A stretch of DNA of 41,949 nucleotides. It comes from Candidatus Omnitrophota bacterium. GTDB lineage: Bacteria; Omnitrophota; Gorgyraeia; Pluralincolimonadales; Pluralincolimonadaceae. Shown here one piece after another: positions 1-10,577 of the stretch (position 1 is the stretch's first letter; each line of letters starts with the position of its first letter). Below the pieces are notes generated by a model that was given only the letters and a program-made list of their open reading frames with translations, was not told the origin of the DNA and did no database searches. The stretch spans positions 1 through 41,949 of the forward strand of contig JBAYMW010000001.1 of the NCBI GenBank assembly GCA_041663405.1, given 5' to 3'. Made by a program: the position numbers and the translations under genes.

Positions 1-1781
1 CCTGAACGCGACATAGACCATGATGCCGAGCATCGAGAAGACTATGGCGTATATCGCCTTTGTGCGCAGCTGGCTCCCGACCGAAGGCCCGACCTTGTCT
101 ACCCTGATCACCTCGGCCTTATTATCCTTGAACGCGGTATCGAACTTCTTCGATATCTCGTCGGTGACCTTTTCCGGCACGCGTATTATGAACACCTTCG
201 GGTCGTCCTTTAGCTGCTGGACGGAGGAACCGCCCAGGCCTATCTCGGCCAACGCGTTGCGCACGTCCTTGACATCCATCGCCTTCGCGAATTTGAACTC
301 CTGGACCTGGCCGCCCTTGAAATCGACCCCGTACATGTCCGCGCCCTTCATGAAATAGGCGCCCATTCCTACGACAAGCACCGCCGCCGAAAGCGCGTAG
401 CATATCCAGCGGATTTTAATATAGTCGATCTTCGGGGTCCCGATAACCTTGAGCATCGGCAAACCCTTAATAAGCTTAAGGCCCATCAACACTTCGAATA
501 TGACCCTTGTCACAAAGACGGACGTAAACATGCTTATCAGCAGGCCTATGATCAGCGTAAGCGCGAAACCGCGTATCGGGCCTGTACCGAACTGGAAGAG
601 GAATACGGCCGCGACTACGGTCGTGAGGTTCGAGTCGACTATGGCGCTCATGGCCCTTTCATATCCGAGCCTTATCGCCTGGCCGAGCGTCTTGCCCGCC
701 TCGAGTTCCTCGCGCATCCTCTCCTGGATCAGCACGTTGGCGTCGACCGCCATACCCAGGGTAAGCACGATACCCGCTATACCGGGCAGCGTCAGAGTGA
801 CCTTGAAATATGCCATCGCGCCCAAAAGCAGTATGATGTTAAGGGCCATCGCTATATCCGCGATAAAACCCGCCAGCAGGTAATATATCAGCATGAAGAC
901 GCCGACAAAAAGGGCGCCGTAAAGCGTCGCCTTGATGCCCGAGTTGATGGAATCCTGTCCCAGCAGCGGGCCTACGGTCCTCTCCTCCTCGATATAAACC
1001 GGGGCGGGGAGCGCGCCGACCTTGAGCACTATCGCGAGGTCGCCCGCCTCTTCCTTGGAGAACCTGCCTGTTATCTGAGCCTGTCCGGAGGGTATCGCCT
1101 CTTTTATTTCGGGCGCGGATTTTACCTTGCCGTCAAGCACGATCGCCAGCCTGCGGCCGACATTTTCCTGCGTGAGCTTCGCGAATTTCTTCGCGCCGTC
1201 GGCGCTGAACTGTATCGAAACATACGGGTCGTTAAAACGCGACTGGTCGAAACTCATGAACGCCGTGGTAAGCGCGTCTCCCGTAAGGACCGCTTCTTTT
1301 TCTATCAGCAGCGGGTCGCCGTTATCGTCCTTCTGCAGTTCGAATCCCGCGGGCACGTCTCCCTGGAGCGCCTTGCTCAATTTATCCGGGTCGCTCGAGA
1401 CCAGCTTGAACTCAAGTAGAGCGGTCTTGCCTATAAGCTCCAATGCCCTGAGCCTGTCGGTTATGCCGGGCAGCTGTACGACTATCTCGTCCTTACCCTG
1501 CGGGGATATCTGCGGCTCCTTTACTCCGAACTCGTCTATCCTGTTGCGGATGACCTCAAGCGCGCGCTCGGAGGCGTCCTTCCTCGCGTCTTCCGGTATC
1601 TTTGAGGTATCCACTCTCAGGACGAGGTGCATGCCGCCCTGCAGGTCAAGTCCCAGGTTTATCTTGCCTTCCTTTACAACCTTCCCGCTCTGGTCTTTTA
1701 CGTCCAGCATCGGGTTTATAAGCCAAAGCGACACGCCTGCCAGTACGATTACTAAAGCTATCTTCCAGATAAGTCCCCTTT

Positions 1782-1785
<4 letters not shown>
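1..1785 (-). CDS. secDF: SecDF fused protein-export membrane protein (N-terminus complete, C-terminus beyond left edge)
   Basis: Missing from the ORF track because no stop is reached before the window edge. My minus-strand translation from ATG 1785-1783 (ATGA overlap with the yajC stop) gives MKRGLIWKIALVIVLAGVSLW..LGLDLQGGMHLVLRVD..RRLAIVLDGKVKSAP..GIAGIVLTLGMAVDANVLIQERMREE (SecD). It continues in frame with no stop into IDYIKIRWICYALSAAVLVVG..YGVDFKGGQ..VDKVGPSVG (SecF N-terminus). Confidence 0.85.
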
Positions 1786-4214
<2,429 letters not shown>

Positions 4215-4218
<4 letters not shown>

Positions 4219-5366
4219 TCTTTCTCCTTGGCTGTACCGGCACCGTAATCTTTCATTATCTTGGTGCCGGGGTAATAGAAATATAGTATCTCGTCCGCTT
4301 TCTTTCCCGCGCGGGACATGTAATACGCCCCCCACTGGCAGAACCCGACCCCGTGTCCCCATCCAAGCCCTTCGAACGCGGCGTATTCCCCGACCACCGT
4401 TACCTTGAAGTTAGTGCTCCTGACAATATCGCCGCCTATTATCCTCCTGAAATCCTTCGCGAGCAGGACCGAGTCCCCCCTGCTGCCCTTGACCCTCAGC
4501 TCCAGTATCCTGCCGGAAGGGTCCCTCCTGATCACGTCGAATCCGAGTATATCGCCGACCGGATAGCCGGCCGCCTCGAGCTTCTTCTCCGCCTCGCTCA
4601 CAGGGGTCCAGCGTTCCCAGTAATAATGCGGCGACTTGCCGCACCAGCCGCATTTCACCCCCTTAAGTGGAGGCAGGTCTATGTTCCATAGGTTAGCGGC
4701 GTCGAACGTGCTGCCCCCGCAGGTAGCGTGGAAGAAGGTCGGGAATATCGCGCCGTTATAGGTGAGGACCTCGCCCCTGGTCTGGTCGACGGCCCTGTTC
4801 GTCCTCCATTTTTCGGAAAATATTCCGCCGTAGACCTGCGAGCTCACGTCAGCCTGGACATCATAATCCTTGCCCTTCGACTCCTTCATCTGGTTCAACG
4901 CGTATGTCCTCGCGGCGATCGCCTGGGCTTTTAATGACTCCATCGGCCACCATGTCGAAACCTCATTGCGTATAACGCCGTATAGGTACTCCTCGAGGTC
5001 GACGGCGTTGACGACCGTGACCTTGCCCGCATTCTTGAATACCCTTATCTCTCCCCTGAATACGCGGTCATTGATATACGCCCTCGCACCTCCGAGCGGC
5101 TCTATGCCTATCGCCGCGGCCGACACCTTAAGGTCCCCCGCGATGAACCCGTCCTCTGAAGAGGTCAGCGATGTCTCGCCGAGGTATTTCTCCTCGAGCA
5201 GTATGCTTCTTGATATGAGGTCCGTTATCCTGAAGTCTCCCGCGATGAAGATCTTGACCGCATCCGAATCCTTGGCCACTGCGACGCGGACCACCGGCGC
5301 GGCCAGGACGTCGGCAAAATTTACAGCAAGCACGATCAGGATGGACAGGAAGAGGCGGTTGCGCAT
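4215..5366 (-). CDS. SpoIID/LytB-domain protein (secreted cell-wall-acting, lytic-transglycosylase-type family)
   Basis: 383 aa with signal peptide MRNRLFLSILIVLAVNFADVLAAP, plus EEYLYGV...E, ALKAQAIAARTYAL, FHATCGGSTFDA and C-terminal GHGVGFCQWGA. Confidence 0.85.
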
Positions 5367-5372
5367 GACCGG

Positions 5373-6425
5373 CTAGAATAACTCCTTCCGAAATTCTTTC
5401 TTTGGCGGGACTTTCAGGTGCGCGCAGGCGGCGTCAGTCGCTTCCCTCCCCCTCGGGGTCCGTTTAAGGAACCCTATCTTCAGCAGGAAGGGTTCGACCA
5501 CATCCGATATCGTATCCGGCTCCTCGTTGAGCGTCGCGGCAAGCGACTCTATCCCAACGGGCCCGCCCTTGTATGTCTCTATTATAGCCTTAAGGACTTT
5601 CCTGTCCAGGGTATCAAGCCCCATTTCGTCGATACCGAGCATGGCCAGCGCCTTGCCGACGGTCTGCGCGTCGACCTTTCCGTCATTCTTGACTTCGGCG
5701 TAATCCCTGACCCTGCGAAGCAGCCTGTTCGCGATACGCGGGGTGCCGCGGGCCCTGCGGGATATCTCCGAGGCGCTCTCCTTGTCCAGGTCGATCTTAA
5801 GTATCTTTGACGACCTTTTCACTATCTGGACAAGCTCCTCAGGGGAGTAGAAATCGAGAGTATAGAGCATGCCGAACCGTCCGCGCATGGGCGCGCTCAA
5901 CAGCCCCGAGCGGGTCGTGGCGCCTATTAGCGTGAAATGCTTAAGGTTGAACTTTATCGTTTTCGCGTAGGGGCCCTTGTCTATCGTGAAATCTATCTGG
6001 TAGTTTTCCATGGCCGGGTAGAGGAACTCCTCGACGACCTTCGAGAGGCGGTGTATCTCGTCGATAAACAGTATGTCGCCCTCGCCGAGGTTCGTGAGGA
6101 TGCCGATCAGGTCGCCGGCGCGTTCTATGGCCGGTCCGGATGTAGCGGTTATCTTCGTGCCCATCTCGCCGGCGATTATATGGGCGAGCGTGGTCTTTCC
6201 GAGGCCGGGCGGGCCCGAGAATAGGACATGCTCGAGCGGCTCCTTCCTGCGATTTGCCGCCGCGATCGCTATAAGCACATTATCGACCACGGCCTTCTGC
6301 CCGACAAAATCATTTACCTTGGACGGGCGCAAAGACAGGTTCAGTATCGCGTCTTCCTCGGTCTCCTGCGTGAAGACGAGTTTCTCGCGCAGCGATCCTT
6401 CCTCGTTTTCCTTGCCGGCGCTCAT
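5373..6425 (-). CDS. ruvB: Holliday junction branch migration ATPase RuvB
   Basis: 350 aa with LRP....DFVGQ, Walker A GPPGLGKTT and Walker B LFIDEIHRL. 4-nt overlap with the ruvA stop. Confidence 0.95.
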   Translation of the reverse strand: MSAGKENEEGSLREKLVFTQETEEDAILNLSLRPSKVNDFVGQKAVVDNVLIAIAAANRRKEPLEHVLFSGPPGLGKTTLAHIIAGEMGTKITATSGPAIERAGDLIGILTNLGEGDILFIDEIHRLSKVVEEFLYPAMENYQIDFTIDKGPYAKTIKFNLKHFTLIGATTRSGLLSAPMRGRFGMLYTLDFYSPEELVQIVKRSSKILKIDLDKESASEISRRARGTPRIANRLLRRVRDYAEVKNDGKVDAQTVGKALAMLGIDEMGLDTLDRKVLKAIIETYKGGPVGIESLAATLNEEPDTISDVVEPFLLKIGFLKRTPRGREATDAACAHLKVPPKKEFRKELF

Positions 6426-7054
6426 TTGGAGCCCTTCTTATGTTTGTAGACTTCGTTCAGCAGGTCCTCGGCCGTATTGCTCTTCGGGGAGCGCTGCAGC
6501 GCTTTCTGGACCATCTCCTTCGCTTCCTGCTTAGTATACTGTAATTGCAGCAGGACATCGACCGCTTCCTCGACAAAATCCTGCTCCTTCGATACCGTGA
6601 CCTCGATGCCGTATTCCTGTATCAGGCCGAACTTGCCGACCTTGTTCTGCAGCTTGGCGACTATCTCCTTGGCCCTCTGTTCTCCTATGCCGGGCAGCGA
6701 TTTCAGCGTGGACAGGTCGCCGTCGGCTATGGCCTTGACCACCTGGGGTATCGACGCGTTCAGCGCTTTCACGGCCGCCTTCGGGCCGATGCCGGAAACG
6801 GTTATGAATTTTTCGAAAAATTCTTTTTCAATCTCGTTGAGGAAACCAATGAGGACGGGTATGCTGCGCGCGGGATCGACATGGTGATAATGGTATGTTA
6901 TTAACTTGATGGTCCCGTCAGGCGCTATGCTGCCGTCAATCGCCTTCATGACGCATCCGGGAATAAGGACCTCGTATGAGAACCCCCCGTCCACATCGAG
7001 TATCAGGGATGAGGGCTTGCGTTTCGCTATCTTGCCGCGGATATGTGAGATCAT
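6422..7054 (-). CDS. ruvA: Holliday junction DNA-binding protein RuvA
   Basis: 210 aa with MISHIRGKI and HhH motifs FITVSGIGPKAAVKAL and LKSLPGIGEQRAKEIV. Confidence 0.95.
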   Translation of the reverse strand: MISHIRGKIAKRKPSSLILDVDGGFSYEVLIPGCVMKAIDGSIAPDGTIKLITYHYHHVDPARSIPVLIGFLNEIEKEFFEKFITVSGIGPKAAVKALNASIPQVVKAIADGDLSTLKSLPGIGEQRAKEIVAKLQNKVGKFGLIQEYGIEVTVSKEQDFVEEAVDVLLQLQYTKQEAKEMVQKALQRSPKSNTAEDLLNEVYKHKKGSK

Positions 7055-7572
7055 CTGTTCCCCCGGTTGACCTTCAGGGTTAGCCTTGCGACCGGCTCTT
7101 TTTGCGTCATATATGCGTGCGCTACCGCGAGCGCCAGGGCGTCCGATATGTCGGGCGGGTCCGGCGCCTTGCTCATGTTAAACAGGTCCTGTATCATGCG
7201 CTGCATCTGGTACTTGCTGGCGTGCCCGGCGCCGGTTATGGCTTTTTTAATGCGGGTCGCCGCATATCCGACCAGCTTCGCGCCGGAGCGCCTGGCAGCC
7301 AAACAAACAGCCCCCCTGGCGTGGCCCATAAGTATCGCCGTCATCGGATGCTTATAGTGCGAGTAGAGCTGCTCAAGGACCAGCACTTCGGGCTTGTATT
7401 CCTTCATGAGGCCGGCCAGGCCTTCGTAGATCCTGTCGAGCCGGACCTCTATATCATCTTTGGCGGATGTCCTGACCACCCCCGCCTCTATCAATTTGAG
7501 GCCTCCCGGGCCGGCTTCTATAAGCCCGTAACCCGTGATGCATAGCCCTGGGTCGACGCCCAGTATCCTCAT
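7051..7572 (-). CDS. ruvC: Crossover junction endodeoxyribonuclease RuvC
   Basis: Family start MRILGVDPGLCITGYGLIE at ATG 7572, with AAGGA upstream and 14 nt after the yebC stop. The ORF-track extension to 7746 is Arg-rich and lies inside yebC. Confidence 0.9.
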   Translation of the reverse strand: MRILGVDPGLCITGYGLIEAGPGGLKLIEAGVVRTSAKDDIEVRLDRIYEGLAGLMKEYKPEVLVLEQLYSHYKHPMTAILMGHARGAVCLAARRSGAKLVGYAATRIKKAITGAGHASKYQMQRMIQDLFNMSKAPDPPDISDALALAVAHAYMTQKEPVARLTLKVNRGNR

Positions 7573-7586
7573 TGTCAGTCCTTGGT

Positions 7587-8324
7587 CTATTCGAGTATCT
7601 CGTCGGGAATATCGAAATTCGCGTAAACGTTCTGGACGTCCTCGTAATCTTCCAGCATCTCTACGAGCGCGAGCACCTGTTTCGCGGGGGCTCCGGTGAC
7701 CTTTACCGTCATCGTAGGGACCATCGTGACTTCCGCGACCTGGCATTCGACCTTGTTATCGTCGATCGCCTTCTTGACCTTCTCGAAATCCTTCGGGTCG
7801 GTGGTTATCTCGTAAGCCTTATCTTCAGTGATCATGTCTTCCGCGCCGGCATTAAGGGCTATGTCCATCAGCTTATCCTCGTCTATCTTCGACTTATCGA
7901 CGACGATGAGGCCTTTCTTATGGAACAGGCGCGATACAGAACCCGCTCCGGCCATGTTCCCGCCCCTGCGCGTGAGGATATTCTTTATTTCAGCCGAGGC
8001 CCTGTTCTTGTTGTCGGTAAGCGCCTCTACCATTATAGCGACCCCGCCCGGGCCGTAGACCTCGTATACTATGGTCTCATATACGACTCCGGGAAGCTCG
8101 CCGGTGCCCTTCTTTATGGCCTTTTCAATGTTATCCTTGGGCATGTTCACTTCCCTGGCCTTTACCAAGGCAAAGCGGAGCCTCGGGTTCGTATCAGGGT
8201 CGCCGCCCCCGTCCTTCGCGGCGACGGTGATCTCTTTGGTCGCTTTGGTGAACATCCTGCCTTTTACGGCGTCAGCCGCAGCTTTTTTGTTCTTTTGTGT
8301 CTTCCACTTCGAATGTCCGGACAT
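7587..8324 (-). CDS. yebC: YebC/PmpR-family DNA-binding regulator
   Basis: 245 aa with MSGHSKWKTQKNKKAAADAVKGRMFTK..I..AAK.GG.DP..NPRLR. Conserved yebC-ruvCAB context. Confidence 0.9.
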   Translation of the reverse strand: MSGHSKWKTQKNKKAAADAVKGRMFTKATKEITVAAKDGGGDPDTNPRLRFALVKAREVNMPKDNIEKAIKKGTGELPGVVYETIVYEVYGPGGVAIMVEALTDNKNRASAEIKNILTRRGGNMAGAGSVSRLFHKKGLIVVDKSKIDEDKLMDIALNAGAEDMITEDKAYEITTDPKDFEKVKKAIDDNKVECQVAEVTMVPTMTVKVTGAPAKQVLALVEMLEDYEDVQNVYANFDIPDEILE

Positions 8325-8373
8325 CTGAGAAAATACCTCCGATTAGGATTGGTTTTTGGAATTTGGATAAAGG

Positions 8374-8403
8374 ATTATACCACTTTTGGGGATGGTCTTG
8401 CAA
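8374..8403 (-). promoter_or_regulatory. Sigma70-type promoter upstream of yebC
   Basis: Minus strand reads TTGCAA-18 nt-TGgTATAAT (-35 at 8398-8403, extended -10 at 8374-8379). It lies about 45 nt upstream of the yebC ATG. Confidence 0.6.
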
Positions 8404-8424
8404 CAGTAAAAACGGGGAATACGG

Positions 8425-10476
8425 CTATTTGTGGTGTTCGTGGCCGTGCCCGGCATGGCCGCCGGCCGCTTCCTCAGCCGCCTTTTTGATATTGGCGACG
8501 ATGACCTGCGTGATCTTCGCGGGGACTTCTTCGTAGTGGTCGAATTTCATCGAATACGAGCCGCGGCCGCCCGTCATCGAGCGCAGTTCGGTCGCGTATT
8601 TGAACATCTCCGAGAGCGGTATGGAGGCCTTCACGTACTCCTGCTTGCCCCTCCCCTCTATTCCCATGATCCTGCCGCGGCGGGAGTTTATATCGCCTGT
8701 CGTCTGCCCGAGATAGTCGTTCGGCACGATTATCTCGACGCTCATTATCGGCTCTAGAAGCACCGGGCTGGCCAGCTCCTGGCCGCTCTTGAACGCCATC
8801 GAACCGGCGATCTGGAACGCCATATCCGACGAATCGACCTCGTGGAACGAGCCGTCAAAGACGGTCACCCTGATGTCGACGACCGGGTATCCGGCAAGGA
8901 AGCCCTTGTTCATCGCTTCCTTTACGCCCTTCTCGACGGAGGGTATGAACTGCCTCGGTATAGCGCCGCCTACCACCTTATCAACGAACTCGAACTGCGT
9001 GCCGTGCGGAAGCGGCTCGAGCTCAAGCCAGCAGTCGCCGTACTGCCCGCGCCCGCCGGACTGCCTCTTGAACTTGCCCTGGATCTTGACGGCCTTCCTT
9101 ATAGTCTCTTTATACGGGACTTTCGGGACGCCCACCTCAACATCCACGCCGAAACGCTTCTTCATCCTGTCGAGCATCACGTCGAGATGGAGGTCTCCCA
9201 TGCCCGATATGACCAGCTCGTGCGTCTGTTCGTCGCGGCTGATCCTGAACGTCGGGTCTTCCGAGGCGAGGCGCGTAAGCGTGCCCATTATCTTCTCTTC
9301 GTCCTGGCGCGTCTTGGGCTTTACCGAGTCCGATATGCACGGTTCGGGGAAGACGGTCGGCTCGAAGACCACCGGGCTCTTATCGTCGCAAACGCTGTCG
9401 TTATTGTGCGTGTCCTTCAGCTTTGCGACTGCCGCGATGTCTCCCGCACCGGCCTTCTGCACCGGTATCTGCTCCTTGCCCTGCAGGATGTAGATCTGCC
9501 CTATCCTCTCCTTCAGGTCCCTCGTCGAGTTATAGAAACCCGTGTTGGATTCCACGGACCCGGAGTATACCCTGAAGAGCGTAAGGTGCCCGACATACGG
9601 GTCGAATATATCCTTGAATATGAAAGCGGAGAACGGCTCGGACTCGGACGGCTTCCTCGAGACCGCTTCTTTCGTCTTCGGGTTGATGCCCTCGGCCGCG
9701 GGACGGTCCGCGGGAGACGGCAGGAGGTCTACGATACCGTCCAGGAGCTCCTGCACCCCGACGTTCTGCACAGCCGAACCGCAGAACACGGGGACGATCT
9801 TTCCGGATATACAGGCGGACTTCAGGGCCCTCGTCACCTCATCGGCAGAGAGCTCCTTGCCTTCAAGGTACCTCTCCGTCAACGAATCATCGGTCTCGAC
9901 GACGGCGTCGAGCAGGTCCTCTTTCAGTTTCCCGCCCTTCGCGAGGACGCTCTCGACCGATTTGAGCGAGAGCTGTTCGCCGACCGGGCAATCCAGCGCG
10001 ACGCACTGCCTGCCGAACCTTTCGCGTATCATGCTAAGCGTATTCTCGAAACTGGCGTTCTCCTTGTCCAGCTTATTTATGAATATGATGCGCGGGAGCC
10101 CCCTGTCCTCCAGGAATCCCCAGACGCGTTCGGTGCCGACCTCTATGCCGTGGACCGCCTCGATCAAAAGCACTGCCGCGTCTGCCGCGCGCAGGGGCGA
10201 TATGACATCGCCCACGAAATCCGCGTAACCGGGCGTATCCAGGATATGGACCCGCGTGTTCTTCCAGACCAGGTGAAGGAATTTTGAGGTGATGGATATC
10301 TTGCGCTCTATTTCGTCGGAATTATAATCGGAGTGTGTATTGCCTTCCGAGATCTTTCCGAGGCGTGTGGTCATCTTGGCGTCAAAGAGCAGCGCCTCGA
10401 TCAATGAGGTCTTGCCCGAACCGGAGTGGGACACGAACACTACGTTGCGGATATTTTGCGCGGGATATCTTTCCAT
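8425..10476 (-). CDS. Elongation factor G paralog (EF-G-like GTPase, divergent G motifs)
   Basis: 683 aa. G1 is VSHSGSGKTS, G3 is ILDTPGYADF (canonical is DTPGHVDF) and G4 is INKLDK. It has the EF-G domain II-V layout (..YVGHLTLFRVYSG.., ..ISGMGDLHLDV.., ..GGRGQYGD.., ..EPIMSVEI..) and the tail ..GGHAGHGHEHHK. The ATG has AAGGAAGG 5 nt upstream. Confidence 0.85.
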   Translation of the reverse strand: MERYPAQNIRNVVFVSHSGSGKTSLIEALLFDAKMTTRLGKISEGNTHSDYNSDEIERKISITSKFLHLVWKNTRVHILDTPGYADFVGDVISPLRAADAAVLLIEAVHGIEVGTERVWGFLEDRGLPRIIFINKLDKENASFENTLSMIRERFGRQCVALDCPVGEQLSLKSVESVLAKGGKLKEDLLDAVVETDDSLTERYLEGKELSADEVTRALKSACISGKIVPVFCGSAVQNVGVQELLDGIVDLLPSPADRPAAEGINPKTKEAVSRKPSESEPFSAFIFKDIFDPYVGHLTLFRVYSGSVESNTGFYNSTRDLKERIGQIYILQGKEQIPVQKAGAGDIAAVAKLKDTHNNDSVCDDKSPVVFEPTVFPEPCISDSVKPKTRQDEEKIMGTLTRLASEDPTFRISRDEQTHELVISGMGDLHLDVMLDRMKKRFGVDVEVGVPKVPYKETIRKAVKIQGKFKRQSGGRGQYGDCWLELEPLPHGTQFEFVDKVVGGAIPRQFIPSVEKGVKEAMNKGFLAGYPVVDIRVTVFDGSFHEVDSSDMAFQIAGSMAFKSGQELASPVLLEPIMSVEIIVPNDYLGQTTGDINSRRGRIMGIEGRGKQEYVKASIPLSEMFKYATELRSMTGGRGSYSMKFDHYEEVPAKITQVIVANIKKAAEEAAGGHAGHGHEHHK

Positions 10477-10533
10477 GAGACCCTTCCTTTAAGATTTATT
10501 GGTGAGGTCGGTCATTTCGGATAAGTACTAGGT

Positions 10534-10562
10534 AATATAACTCCGGCAAAAAATGTTGTCAA
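10534..10562 (-). promoter_or_regulatory. Sigma70-type promoter upstream of the EF-G paralog
   Basis: Minus strand reads TTGACA-17 nt-TATATT (-35 at 10557-10562, -10 at 10534-10539). It starts 15 nt after the K3 stop. Confidence 0.6.
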
Positions 10563-10577
10563 GCGAAAATGGCGGGG

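Noticed and set aside
7573-7746. N-terminal extensions in the ORF track for ruvC (to 7746), queA (to 4362), hisC (to 37197), P3 (to 14733), P1 (to 19891) and K1 (to 22848).
   Set aside because: The track extends to the farthest ATG/GTG/TTG. The extensions are Arg-rich, overlap the upstream gene, and precede canonical family N-termini that have proper SDs. For K1 the extension also overlaps a promoter -10.
8842-10287. 481-aa plus-strand ORF antisense to the EF-G paralog. Similar long plus-strand ORFs lie at 21454-22695, 15815-16828, 11604-12560, 7572-8489, 1127-1903 and 32077-32850.
   Set aside because: These are shadow ORFs of GC-rich minus-strand genes. They are Arg/Leu/Pro/Gly-rich low-complexity translations with no recognisable motifs and no SD or promoter. 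Each is fully covered by a minus-strand gene with strong family signatures.
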